DNA of 64,000 nucleotides from an uncultured bacterium. GTDB taxonomy: Bacteria; Patescibacteriota; Minisyncoccia; Phycocordibacterales; UBA9973. Positions 18,164-27,955 of the stretch are shown here, piece by piece. A program made the position numbers and the translations under genes. Position 1 is the first letter of the stretch; every line of letters begins with the position of its first letter. The stretch is from the NCBI GenBank assembly GCA_937903035.1, contig CALCZP010000008.1:21551-85550 (forward strand). The letters run 5' to 3'. The notes beneath the pieces were generated by a model. It saw only the letters and a program-made list of their open reading frames with translations. It was not told the DNA's origin and made no database searches.

Positions 18164-19963
18164 TTACGCCATCAATATCTGATTCTTAATCAATTTTTGA
18201 TACTCTTTGTTTTTCTTTTCAAGTTCAGCATGGGTTCCCTGCCCTACGATTTTGCCTCCAGCGACAACAAAGATGACATCTGCATCCATGACCGTTGAGA
18301 GACGGTGCGCAATAATAATTGTGGTGCGTCCTTGAGCGGAGCGATTAATAGCGTCATGAATAAGCTTTTCATTGATAGAATCGAGCGCAGATGTTGCTTC
18401 ATCAAAAATGAGAATCTTGGGGTTCTTGATCAAAGCGCGCGCAATACCAATACGCTGACGCTCACCACCAGACACCTTAATACCACCTTCGCCAATCATC
18501 GTATCGAGTCCATGGTCTTTAAGTTTTGCAACGAATTCATCAAGAGATGCATCTTTGACTGCCTTTTGCAGTCGTCCTTCAGAAACTTCCATACCTGCAG
18601 GTAATCCAAACAAAATATTTTCACGAATGCTTCGATCGAAAAGTTCAATCTTCTGCTCAACATTCCCAATCTGTGAGCGGAACCATCTGAGATCCAGATC
18701 TTTGAGTGATACGCCATCAATCACTACTTCGCCTTCGGTCGTGTCATAGTAACGACGCATAAGATTCACGATAGTACTCTTACCAGAGCCTGAAACACCG
18801 ACAAAACCTACTTTTGCACCTGCTGGAATAACAAGATCAACACCAGCTATTGTATGCTCAGCTTCTTTCTCTTGAGACTTCTCTTCATTCTCTATTTCTT
18901 GCGCTGATTGTCGGTATGGGTATGCAAAGCTGACATTTTTAAACTCAATTTTTCCTTCCAGTTTTTCGATAATCTTTCCACCAATATTAGGATTAATATC
19001 AGGCTCTATATCCAACAGCTCAAAGTATTTCTTCACCTCAACAACCTGAAAGAGCATTCTTCGCTGTGATTGCATGATACTGATCAAGTTTGCAAATACT
19101 CCAGATGTCCAAGAGTAGAGGGCCACAAACATACCTGCAGAGTGCTCACCGAGCAAGATAAAGTATGTACCCAATCCAAGCGTTGCATACTGACCAACCG
19201 TAATAATCACTTTATTGAAGTAAAAAGATTTGATAAACCCCGTCCATGTACTAATAGAAAAATCAGCTACACGGTCATACTCCTTTTTGAAATCAGCCGC
19301 TGTAACAGCTTCCTGCGCTTCAGCAATGACAAGTGTTGAATTACGAAATAGTTCTGACTGAAGTTTGTATTGTTGTTGGTTATTCTTTCGAACTTTCTCA
19401 ACTTTTGGAAATATAGCGAGATTACTTCTATAGGCGACGAGTACATACATCAAAATGAATGCCAATGCAGTAAGAGATACTCGCCAATCAAAGAAAGCTA
19501 GAATACCGGCAGTAACAAGAACCTGAATAACGTTCGGCAGAATGTTGTACAAGCCGTCGTACATAATGTTCGTAAGAGCATTTTGACCTTTGTTTACAAT
19601 ACTTTGCTTTACACCAGAATGCTCATTTATATGTTGACCAATTGAAAAATCAAGCATTTTGTTTAGTGAAAATACTGAAAATGCTTTTTCGATATTCATA
19701 TCAAGCTTTGCAAGTTCAAGTTTTTCTCGTATGTAATCAAGTACGTGATTACGAAACAATGAAATAGCAAAAGCGATAGCAAGAAAGTATGCAGTAAATC
19801 TGATATCCCCTGAAATCACCGCATCAACACCTTTACTAAAAAGATACGGTGATAGAACGGTCAATATCTGACCGATGAACATCAAGCCAACGACTGAAAG
19901 CAGGTACTTTCTAAATGGTCTGAAAAACGAAAGCGTCCGTGTAAAAAATGTCCTATTTTTCAT
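18164..19963 (-). CDS. ABC exporter, fused permease/ATPase (partner half-transporter)
   Basis: Walker A GFVGVSGSGKST; signature LSGGERQRIGIARAL; Walker B ILIFDEATSALD. Confidence 0.85.
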   Translation of the reverse strand: MKNRTFFTRTLSFFRPFRKYLLSVVGLMFIGQILTVLSPYLFSKGVDAVISGDIRFTAYFLAIAFAISLFRNHVLDYIREKLELAKLDMNIEKAFSVFSLNKMLDFSIGQHINEHSGVKQSIVNKGQNALTNIMYDGLYNILPNVIQVLVTAGILAFFDWRVSLTALAFILMYVLVAYRSNLAIFPKVEKVRKNNQQQYKLQSELFRNSTLVIAEAQEAVTAADFKKEYDRVADFSISTWTGFIKSFYFNKVIITVGQYATLGLGTYFILLGEHSAGMFVALYSWTSGVFANLISIMQSQRRMLFQVVEVKKYFELLDIEPDINPNIGGKIIEKLEGKIEFKNVSFAYPYRQSAQEIENEEKSQEKEAEHTIAGVDLVIPAGAKVGFVGVSGSGKSTIVNLMRRYYDTTEGEVVIDGVSLKDLDLRWFRSQIGNVEQKIELFDRSIRENILFGLPAGMEVSEGRLQKAVKDASLDEFVAKLKDHGLDTMIGEGGIKVSGGERQRIGIARALIKNPKILIFDEATSALDSINEKLIHDAINRSAQGRTTIIIAHRLSTVMDADVIFVVAGGKIVGQGTHAELEKKNKEYQKLIKNQILMA

Positions 19964-19965
19964 AC

Positions 19966-20952
19966 TTATGATAACAACCCTACCGCCTCATATACCGCAC
20001 GCAGTTTCTTCATCGCAATATCATTTGCTTTCATTGCACCATTGACGAGGATTTCATGGACGACCTTTGGACTGTCTTCGTATTTTTTGCGACGCTCACG
20101 CATTGGAGTCACAAATGCAATGATATCAGCGATGAGTATTTTCTTGGCATCGCCGTAGCCGAGACCTTTTGAGTACTGTGCTTTGAGTTCAGCTGAAGCA
20201 TTAAAGAGCTTATGGATCTGGTAGAGCACCATCTCGTCAGGATCCTTTTCTTCGTCACGACCACGAGAGTCAGTCGGAATACTCATCACTGCTTTCGTGA
20301 TCTCATCATCACTCGCAAAGAGCGGGATGGTATTGTCATAGCTCTTGGACATCTTGCGTCCATCAGTACCAGGCACGACTGCCACATCTTCAATAATATG
20401 CGCAGCTGGCTCTTTGAAGAGTGGTTCGTACGCAGTCGCAAATTTGGTCGCAAGGTCACGAGCATACTCGACATGCTGCACCTGATCTTTACCCACCGGT
20501 ACAACATCCACGTCATAGAGCAAAATATCTGCAGCCATGAGCACTGGATAGGTAAAAGTGCCAGCATTTACTTCTTTGCCTTTAGCCTGTGCGTCCTTGT
20601 ATGCATGCGCACGCTCGAGATACGGCACCGGGAGCAAACAATCAAAGATCCACGCAAGTGATGCATGAGCAGGTACTGCAGACTGACGAAAGAGTGTTAC
20701 CTTTTTTGGATCAAGGCCGGCGCCGAGGTAGTCAAGGATCATTTCATGAATATTGTGTGCGAGCTCTGCTTTTGCAGGCGTACCAGTGATCGCATGGAGG
20801 TCTGCAACAAAAACAAACGTGTCATGCGTATCTTGCATCGAGATAAACTGGCGAAGTGCACCAAAGTAGTTGCCAATATGGAGACGACCGGTGGGCTTGA
20901 TACCAGAAATGAGGCGCTTCGGTGCACCTGAATGTGTGGAAGACATGTGCAT
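19966..20952 (-). CDS. trpS: Tryptophan--tRNA ligase
   Basis: ISGIKPTGRLHIGNYFGAL (HIGH region), KMSKSYDN (KMSKS); 328 aa. Confidence 0.9.
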   Translation of the reverse strand: MHMSSTHSGAPKRLISGIKPTGRLHIGNYFGALRQFISMQDTHDTFVFVADLHAITGTPAKAELAHNIHEMILDYLGAGLDPKKVTLFRQSAVPAHASLAWIFDCLLPVPYLERAHAYKDAQAKGKEVNAGTFTYPVLMAADILLYDVDVVPVGKDQVQHVEYARDLATKFATAYEPLFKEPAAHIIEDVAVVPGTDGRKMSKSYDNTIPLFASDDEITKAVMSIPTDSRGRDEEKDPDEMVLYQIHKLFNASAELKAQYSKGLGYGDAKKILIADIIAFVTPMRERRKKYEDSPKVVHEILVNGAMKANDIAMKKLRAVYEAVGLLS

Positions 20953-21031
20953 ATAGTATCAAAAATAAGGCTTTTGGGGTAGTTTTCTGGTGATTGGGAG
21001 GTGTGTAGGTACGGTGCTACAATGTCACTAC

Positions 21032-22423
21032 ATGGCTACCAACCCTCATGTCGCATTACAAAATCTGCGCGTCCCACCCCACCATCTCGAGAGCGAGCAG
21101 GCAGTACTCGGCGCGCTCATGCTCCGTCCGGGTGCAATTCATGATATCGTCGACCTCCTCACGGCAGAAATGTTCTATGCCAAAAAGCACAGCATCATCT
21201 TTCAGACGATCAGTGACCTTTCCAACAAGAACGAGCCGATCGATGTGCTCTCAGTAGCAGCACGCCTCAAGGAAAAGAAAACGCTTGATACGATCGGCGG
21301 CAACAGCTACCTCAATGAACTCATGTCCAACGTCCCGTCGACGGTCAACATCCGTCACTATGGTGATATCGTCTACAAGAAATTCATTTTGCGTTCACTT
21401 ATTGACGCATCGGAGTCCATCGCAAGTCTCTCCTATGAGCAAAATGATATGGACGTCGCTGACATCATCGACACTGCAGAGAAAAGCATTTTCCGCGTAT
21501 CCTCATCCATCAATACCAAGAATGCATTTGTTTCTATCAAGTCGAGTCTCGTCGAGACCATGGAACAAGTCGTGCACCTCCATGACAACCAGGGTGAAGT
21601 TCGCGGTGTACCGACCGGCTACGAGGACTTTGACAAGATGACTGCAGGACTCCAGAACTCCGATCTTATCATCCTTGCAGCTCGTCCGAGTATGGGTAAG
21701 ACCACGTTTGCACTTGATATCGTCCGCAATGTAGCGCTTGCCGGCAAGGCAGTGGGTATTTTCTCACTCGAAATGTCCGCGAACCAACTCGTCCAACGTA
21801 TGCTCTCTGCCGAGAGTCGAGTGGACGCATGGAGCATTCGTACCGGTCAGGGACTCAATACCAACCATTTCACTGCACTCCAAGAAGCAGCAGGACGACT
21901 CCAAAAGGCACCAATCTACATCGATGACCAGGCTGGTAACTCCATCGTCAAAATGCGCTCTGTCGCACGCCGCCTCAAGAGTGAACATGGACTCGGACTG
22001 ATCGTGATCGACTACTTGCAGCTCATGACCACCAGTAAAAACCATGACAACATGGTGAACCAAGTCACCGAAATCTCACGATCCCTCAAGCAGCTCGCGC
22101 GTGAGCTCAACGTCCCTGTCCTTGCGCTCTCACAGCTCTCTCGTGCGGTTGAGTCACGTGGTGGTCGCCCTCGCCTCTCTGACCTCCGAGACTCCGGCTC
22201 CATCGAGCAAGACGCGGACTTGGTCATGTTCATTCATCGCGAAGACCGCTACAAGGAAGCCCATGAGAAGGACAACATCACTGAAATCCTCATCGAAAAG
22301 CACCGTAACGGTCCGGTCGGCGTCGTGAAGCTCATGTTTGATATGAAGACGACCTCATTCCTCTCACTCGACAAGAACCATGAGGCGATGACTTCAAAGG
22401 CAACGTCACTTGATGACTTCTAA
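21032..22423 (+). CDS. dnaB: Replicative DNA helicase DnaB (start at MATNPHV; ORF track begins at GTG 20990)
   Basis: PPHHLESEQAVLGALMLRPGA (N-terminal domain), Walker A LIILAARPSMGKTTFALD, GLIVIDYLQLM, RecA-like C-terminal domain. Confidence 0.85.
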   Translation: MATNPHVALQNLRVPPHHLESEQAVLGALMLRPGAIHDIVDLLTAEMFYAKKHSIIFQTISDLSNKNEPIDVLSVAARLKEKKTLDTIGGNSYLNELMSNVPSTVNIRHYGDIVYKKFILRSLIDASESIASLSYEQNDMDVADIIDTAEKSIFRVSSSINTKNAFVSIKSSLVETMEQVVHLHDNQGEVRGVPTGYEDFDKMTAGLQNSDLIILAARPSMGKTTFALDIVRNVALAGKAVGIFSLEMSANQLVQRMLSAESRVDAWSIRTGQGLNTNHFTALQEAAGRLQKAPIYIDDQAGNSIVKMRSVARRLKSEHGLGLIVIDYLQLMTTSKNHDNMVNQVTEISRSLKQLARELNVPVLALSQLSRAVESRGGRPRLSDLRDSGSIEQDADLVMFIHREDRYKEAHEKDNITEILIEKHRNGPVGVVKLMFDMKTTSFLSLDKNHEAMTSKATSLDDF

Positions 22424-22426
22424 TCT

Positions 22427-23029
22427 ATGATGGACGAGCACATTACACGACTCTCTCGCCTCTTTTTAAAATTCCCCGGCATCGGCGAACGCCAAGCGCG
22501 ACGCTTTGCGTACTTTATCCTCACGCAGCCTGAGAACTACGTCGACAACCTCGCCACTACCCTGCGTGAAGCACGTAGCCAAGCACATACCTGCAGTCGC
22601 TGTTTGCGTGTCTACGAAGGTCGTCCTGGCATGTGCAGCATCTGTAGTGACACCACGCGCGACCAAGGCATCATTGCAGTCGTTGAGAAGTCTGCAGACA
22701 TTGATGCATTTGCCAAGACTGACTATCGCGGCCTCTTTTTCGTTCTTGGTGGACTCATCCCAATCATTCAGAAAAATGTACTCGATGGGACAAATGTAAA
22801 CCTCCTCGTTGAACGCGTACGGAGTGATTTTGCAACCCTCGAAGAGATCATCCTCGCATTCCCCATCACCCCAAATGGCGAACATACTGATAGTGCAGTT
22901 CGAGAAATCCTCAAGCCAGTATCAGCAACGTTTGAAATCTCAACCCTTGGCCGCGGCCTCTCAACAGGAGCTGAGCTTGAGTACGCTGATGCAGCGTCGC
23001 TTTCTGCATCTCTCAAAAAACGAGAATAA
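22427..23029 (+). CDS. recR: Recombination protein RecR
   Basis: FPGIGERQARRFAYFIL (HhH), C4 zinc finger CSRCLRVYEGRPGMCSIC, Toprim domain. Confidence 0.9.
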   Translation: MMDEHITRLSRLFLKFPGIGERQARRFAYFILTQPENYVDNLATTLREARSQAHTCSRCLRVYEGRPGMCSICSDTTRDQGIIAVVEKSADIDAFAKTDYRGLFFVLGGLIPIIQKNVLDGTNVNLLVERVRSDFATLEEIILAFPITPNGEHTDSAVREILKPVSATFEISTLGRGLSTGAELEYADAASLSASLKKRE

Positions 23030-23041
23030 AAAATCACCATA

Positions 23042-23464
23042 CTATTTTGAAGTATGGTGATAAAACGAGTCAACAGGATACAAATTTGCGCTATCAAGGT
23101 AGATTTCCCCAATCGAATCTGAAAATTTTGTATACACTCTGCTTCCGATTGATATACCGAAAAAGCATATACCTTTTCCAAGAGGACTTCTTATATACGC
23201 AAGAGGGTATCGTGAAAGTAATGCTCGTGGAGTATCCACAATGCTTGTATACATCTGAGCACCTTCAAGCCTAAAAAAATTATTAGTACTCATTGCGTTT
23301 ACAATAATCTGCGAATCATGAGCTTGATACCTTTGAGGAATAAGTTCAGCTTCAGTAAAGTATCTTTTTGGTACCTTTTTTACTGGATCTTTATTGATAT
23401 ATTTTTCTGAAAAGATCACCACTATAAGGAATACGGATGCGAAAAACATTTTGGCGTACTTCAT
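23042..23464 (-). CDS. Secreted hypothetical protein (140 aa)
   Basis: Signal peptide MKYAKMFFASVFLIVVIFS; no motif recognised. Confidence 0.45.
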   Translation of the reverse strand: MKYAKMFFASVFLIVVIFSEKYINKDPVKKVPKRYFTEAELIPQRYQAHDSQIIVNAMSTNNFFRLEGAQMYTSIVDTPRALLSRYPLAYIRSPLGKGICFFGISIGSRVYTKFSDSIGEIYLDSANLYPVDSFYHHTSK

Positions 23465-23504
23465 ACTTTTTTATTTTTTATAAAATTACCATATATTTTA
23501 TAAA

Positions 23505-23530
23505 AGTCAAAGCCCTCCATACGGAGGGCT
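23505..23530 (-). terminator. Hairpin terminator downstream of rplU
   Basis: AAAGCCCTCCatacGGAGGGCTTT. Confidence 0.5.
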
Positions 23531-23535
23531 TTTGA

Positions 23536-23931
23536 TTAGATAGAGAGAATCTTTACTTTGAGATGAGGCTGGCGGTGGCCATTCTTCTTGAAGTAGCGAG
23601 ACTTCTGTTTGTATTTGATGACAGTCACGGTTGCATTGCGGCCAACTGAAACGATTTCACCGGAAACTTGCGCGCCTTTGATGAATGGAGCACCGATCAC
23701 GGTATCAGTACCATTGTCAGTGAGGAGTACCTCTGAAAAGGTCACCGTGTCACCCTTTTTCATCTCATCATTGATCTTTTCGATCATGATTGTGTCACCA
23801 GCGGCTACGCGGTATTGCTTGCCACCAGTCTTGATAACAGCAAAGCCTTCACTAGCAGCCTTTTTGACCACTTTTTTAGAAGCTACTTTCTTTACTGCTA
23901 CTTTTTTCGCTGTTTCTGCCATAGTCCACAC
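23536..23931 (-). CDS. rplU: 50S ribosomal protein L21 with Lys/Ala-rich N-terminal extension
   Basis: FAVIKTGGKQYRVAAGDTIMIEKI...IKYKQKSRYFKKNGHRQPHLKVKI is canonical L21. Confidence 0.8.
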   Translation of the reverse strand: MWTMAETAKKVAVKKVASKKVVKKAASEGFAVIKTGGKQYRVAAGDTIMIEKINDEMKKGDTVTFSEVLLTDNGTDTVIGAPFIKGAQVSGEIVSVGRNATVTVIKYKQKSRYFKKNGHRQPHLKVKILSI

Positions 23932-24011
23932 AGTATACGGATTTTCCCTGTTTTTGCAAGCCCTTATCCACCAAGGGGATTCCCTCAGCGGGCTATGCTA
24001 TACTTTGAACA

Positions 24012-24929
24012 ATGATTTCCCGATACACCTATAACGGGCTTACCTGGGTTGACCTTGAGTCACCTACCCGTGAGGAAATAATCCACATGAGCGAAGAATT
24101 CGCCCTCCCCCCGCTTGTTGGCGAAGAAATGTTCTCAAGCACCCTCCAAAGCAAGGTTGATCTCTATGACAATTTCGCCTATCTCATTATGCATTTCCCT
24201 GTCATGAACAAAGACGAAACTGGTGCCCGTGAGCAAGAAATCGACTTTATCATCGGCAAAAAGTTCATCATTACGGTGAGATACGAGTCCATCGAACCAC
24301 TTGCATCCTTTGCAAAAACATTTGAAACAGATAGTCATATGGATCGCGACAAGCTCACGATGCACGCCGGCTACATATTTACCGAGATGATGAAACTCTT
24401 TTATCGTCGGTCACTCAAAGAACTTGGGGATATTACCAACACCATCAGAGACATTGAAAATCGCATCTTCTCTGGCAAAGAAGGTTCAACAGTGAAGCGC
24501 ATTTCGTACACGTCACGCAAACTCCTCGACTTCAAACAAGCGCTCAGATTCCACCCTGATATTCTCGAATCATACGAGACCACAAGTAAGCGTTTCTTTG
24601 GCGAAGAATACAGCTACTACGCATCATTGGTCACCTCAGAGTTCAACAAGGTCAACAATGTACTCGAAGGTCATCGTGACATCCTCTCCGAACTTCAACG
24701 CACCAACAACTCACTTCTCTCAACCAAGTCCAACGAAATCTTGCGCACCTTTACTGTCATGACATTCGTGATGATGCCACTCACGATCATCACCGGTATT
24801 TTCGGTATGAACACGGTACAAAATCTCATTTTCATCCGCAACCTCAAGGACTTCTATATCGTGATCGGTGCGATGATACTCACCGGTATCGTGATGTTCA
24901 CCTTTTTCCGTCTTCGTAAATGGCTTTAA
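24012..24929 (+). CDS. corA: CorA-family Mg2+/Co2+ transporter
   Basis: Two C-terminal TM helices with GIFGMN (GMN) signature; 305 aa. Confidence 0.85.
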   Translation: MISRYTYNGLTWVDLESPTREEIIHMSEEFALPPLVGEEMFSSTLQSKVDLYDNFAYLIMHFPVMNKDETGAREQEIDFIIGKKFIITVRYESIEPLASFAKTFETDSHMDRDKLTMHAGYIFTEMMKLFYRRSLKELGDITNTIRDIENRIFSGKEGSTVKRISYTSRKLLDFKQALRFHPDILESYETTSKRFFGEEYSYYASLVTSEFNKVNNVLEGHRDILSELQRTNNSLLSTKSNEILRTFTVMTFVMMPLTIITGIFGMNTVQNLIFIRNLKDFYIVIGAMILTGIVMFTFFRLRKWL

Positions 24930-24932
24930 TCT

Positions 24933-26312
24933 ATGGCACTTTCACTCTACAACACCAAATCTCGATCGATTGAAACATTCACCCCACTTGATCCGACTAC
25001 TGTCACGATGTACGCGTGTGGTCCGACTGTCTACGACAAAACGCATATCGGGCACATGCGCAAATATGTCGGTGATGACATCTTGCGTCGCACGCTCGTT
25101 CTCCTCGGATACAATGTAAAGCATGTGATGAATATCACTGACGTTGGGCATCTCACTGGTGACGAGAATGAGACGGGTGAAGACAAACTTGAAAAAGGTG
25201 CCACAAAAGAAGGTAAAAGTGTCTGGGATATCGCTGCATTGTATACAGAAAACTTTCATACAACGATGCGCGCGATTAACGTACTTCCGCCGATGATTGA
25301 GAGCAAGGCAACTGACCATATCAAAGAAATGATTGCACTCAATGAAGTCCTCGTTGCAAAAGGCTTTGCATATGAGACTGATCAGGCGCTCTACTTTGAT
25401 GTATCCCGTGATCCAAGCTATGGCTCGCTCTCGGGTCAGAAACTCGCTGATAAGCAGACTGCTGTGCGTGACGACGTGGTTGAAGACCCTCAAAAGCGCC
25501 ATCCCGCAGACTTTGCACTATGGTTCAAGCGTATAGGTAAATTTGCGGATCATACGATGCATTGGCCTTCACCTTTCGGTGATGGATTTCCCGGTTGGCA
25601 TATTGAGTGCTCTGCCATGGCAATGCACTATCTCGGCGAAACGATTGATATTCACACTGGCGGTATCGACCACATCCCTGTCCATCACGAGAATGAGATC
25701 GCACAGAGCGAGTGCGCGACTGGTCACCAGTTTGTGAAGTATTGGGTACACCACGACTTTCTCAATGTTGATGGAGAAAAAATGTCCAAAAGTAAACTGA
25801 ATTTCTACACAATCGAAGATATCGTGGCACAAGGCATTGACCCACTTGCTGTGCGTCTCATGTTTATGCAGACGAGCTACCGTAAGCCACTCAACTTTAC
25901 GTGGGATACACTTCGAGTAGCAGAAGCATCACTAACAAAACTTCGCACTTTTGCCTCACATCAAACAGAGATTGGCGCAGTGAATGAAGCTTCGATACAG
26001 TCATTCAAAGCAGCAGTTGGAGACGATCTCAATACTGCGAAAGCTCTTGCGGTAGTATGGGAATTACTCGCAGACACAACAATCTCTGATGCTGACAAAT
26101 GGGCAACACTCCTCGCATTTGATGCGGTGCTCGGACTCAATCTCGAAACAGTATCAAAGTTTACAATCACTGAGAAAGCTGAGCGTTTGGTACTCGAACG
26201 AGATCTTGCGCGAGCAGCCAAGGACTTTACTACCTCAGACAGGCTTCGAGCAGAACTTGAATCGCTCGGATACGAAGTAAATGATACACCACAAGGTACC
26301 AAGCTTTTATAA
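24933..26312 (+). CDS. cysS: Cysteine--tRNA ligase
   Basis: MYACGPTVYDKTHIGHMRKYV (HIGH region), KMSKSKLN (KMSKS), Zn ligands consistent with CysRS. Confidence 0.9.
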   Translation: MALSLYNTKSRSIETFTPLDPTTVTMYACGPTVYDKTHIGHMRKYVGDDILRRTLVLLGYNVKHVMNITDVGHLTGDENETGEDKLEKGATKEGKSVWDIAALYTENFHTTMRAINVLPPMIESKATDHIKEMIALNEVLVAKGFAYETDQALYFDVSRDPSYGSLSGQKLADKQTAVRDDVVEDPQKRHPADFALWFKRIGKFADHTMHWPSPFGDGFPGWHIECSAMAMHYLGETIDIHTGGIDHIPVHHENEIAQSECATGHQFVKYWVHHDFLNVDGEKMSKSKLNFYTIEDIVAQGIDPLAVRLMFMQTSYRKPLNFTWDTLRVAEASLTKLRTFASHQTEIGAVNEASIQSFKAAVGDDLNTAKALAVVWELLADTTISDADKWATLLAFDAVLGLNLETVSKFTITEKAERLVLERDLARAAKDFTTSDRLRAELESLGYEVNDTPQGTKLL

Positions 26313-26345
26313 AAAAATCCCCCAGTTTATTGGGGGATTTTCATT
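26311..26345. terminator. Bidirectional terminator between cysS (+) and histidine kinase (-)
   Basis: AAAAAAATCCCCCAgtttatTGGGGGATTTT. Confidence 0.6.
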
Positions 26346-26352
26346 TAAAATA

Positions 26353-27951
26353 TTAACTTGCAATCACTGATCCAGGGGTCTGCGATGCGACTGCAGGTAT
26401 TACTACTTTAAACGTTGATCCCTTACCAAGCCCTTCCGATTCAATCACGATATCACCCTTGTGTACTCGAGCAATCTCACGCGCCAGATAGAGTCCAAGC
26501 CCTGAGCCACCAGTGTTGAGCTTCCCACCCTCGCCTCGATTGAACTTGCCAAAGAGTTTACCCATAGTTTCAGGAGAAATACCAACACCATTATCAGACA
26601 CTGCAAATACAATGTTTGATCCTTCATGGCGAAGCGAGAGCTTCACAAAACCTTTAGGGGTGTACTTGATACTGTTATCAGTGAGGTTAAGGAAGACTTG
26701 TTTGAGCTTGGTGGGATCGGCATTCACGATGAATTTCTCATACGGCGGAATATCAAGCGTAAGCTCCAACCCCTTGCTCTCAGCAGGAATCTTCATTTCG
26801 TTGTAGAGATCAGTAACACTCTTTGAGAGCTCGGTCGTCATGAACTCGTACTTCATACCACCCTGTTCAATCTTGGATACGTTGAGCAAGTCCTCCACAA
26901 TACTCACGAGTCCCTGCGCAGAGGTATAAATACGCTTGACTGCAACGTCTTGCTTCTCATCCATTTTGCCAAATGAACCTTCAGTCAGCATCGATGCATA
27001 GCCTTTGATTGCCGTGAGTGGGCTGCGAAGCTGGTGAGATGCGAGTGAGAGGAACTCTGTTTTGAGTTTATCGAGCCCTTTGAGCTTGTCATTAAGATCA
27101 GCAAGACCTAAGTTTGAGTGCTCGAGCTGCTCCGTAAGATCTTCAAGGGACTTTGTATGCCTTCTCCAAATCAACAAAATAGCAACCGTAAGGACTGAAA
27201 TTGTGAAAGTAAGAAAGATGATAAAAATAAGGAATGGGAGAAGTGTCTGGGTTGTAATCGTTAGAAAATCATCCGCTTTCACATCAGCAGCCAAGACTGC
27301 AACAGTGTCTCCTTTTTCATCGCGAATCGGCGCATACCCCGTGAGTACTGTTCCATAATCATCAGTATAAAGATCTCGGCTAGTAAGCGGTCCGCTGTAT
27401 GCCTCAAATGCCTCAGGAATATCAACGGCTTCTGCGTAGTCTTGTCCTGGCCACTGTAACTTGTCAGCACCTTCAGGTTCTATCAATCCGTCTCGATTAA
27501 CATCCACACACGTAGCACAAGTAGAAGCAGGAACACTTTCTTCACCAGATGGGAGTGCTATATCATTTGCAAATGGGTTAATGGAATCCGCATCACCAAC
27601 AAATTCCATCTGTGTTGGATCAGTAGCTTTCTTTCGAAAGATATACATGAACACAACATTTTCATTTGCATATTTTGCATTATGCAATTTTTGCACAATA
27701 TGTTGCCATTCAGGTTTCTGCCAATCGTCTTTGGTCTGAAGTGCAGCAAGATCACTTGCATCAATATTTGCTGCCTGTGTTACCGAAATAGTTGTAATGG
27801 CATCACGAAGATTGTCAGTGAGCAACACAACCGTACGCTTATAGAGAATATTTGAAGCAGCAACGATGACTGCAATCACTACAACGAGCAAGCCGACCAC
27901 TATCCATGTTGCTTTTCGTGAATATCCGGTTTTTGTTCGTGTATTTTCCAT
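26353..27951 (-). CDS. Two-component sensor histidine kinase (2 TM, periplasmic sensor domain)
   Basis: H-box LSLASHQLRSPLTAIKGY; HATPase N/G boxes LTDNSIKYTPKG, DNGVGISPE, GGSGLGL; no response regulator adjacent. Confidence 0.85.
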   Translation of the reverse strand: MENTRTKTGYSRKATWIVVGLLVVVIAVIVAASNILYKRTVVLLTDNLRDAITTISVTQAANIDASDLAALQTKDDWQKPEWQHIVQKLHNAKYANENVVFMYIFRKKATDPTQMEFVGDADSINPFANDIALPSGEESVPASTCATCVDVNRDGLIEPEGADKLQWPGQDYAEAVDIPEAFEAYSGPLTSRDLYTDDYGTVLTGYAPIRDEKGDTVAVLAADVKADDFLTITTQTLLPFLIFIIFLTFTISVLTVAILLIWRRHTKSLEDLTEQLEHSNLGLADLNDKLKGLDKLKTEFLSLASHQLRSPLTAIKGYASMLTEGSFGKMDEKQDVAVKRIYTSAQGLVSIVEDLLNVSKIEQGGMKYEFMTTELSKSVTDLYNEMKIPAESKGLELTLDIPPYEKFIVNADPTKLKQVFLNLTDNSIKYTPKGFVKLSLRHEGSNIVFAVSDNGVGISPETMGKLFGKFNRGEGGKLNTGGSGLGLYLAREIARVHKGDIVIESEGLGKGSTFKVVIPAVASQTPGSVIAS

Positions 27952-27955
27952 GCAC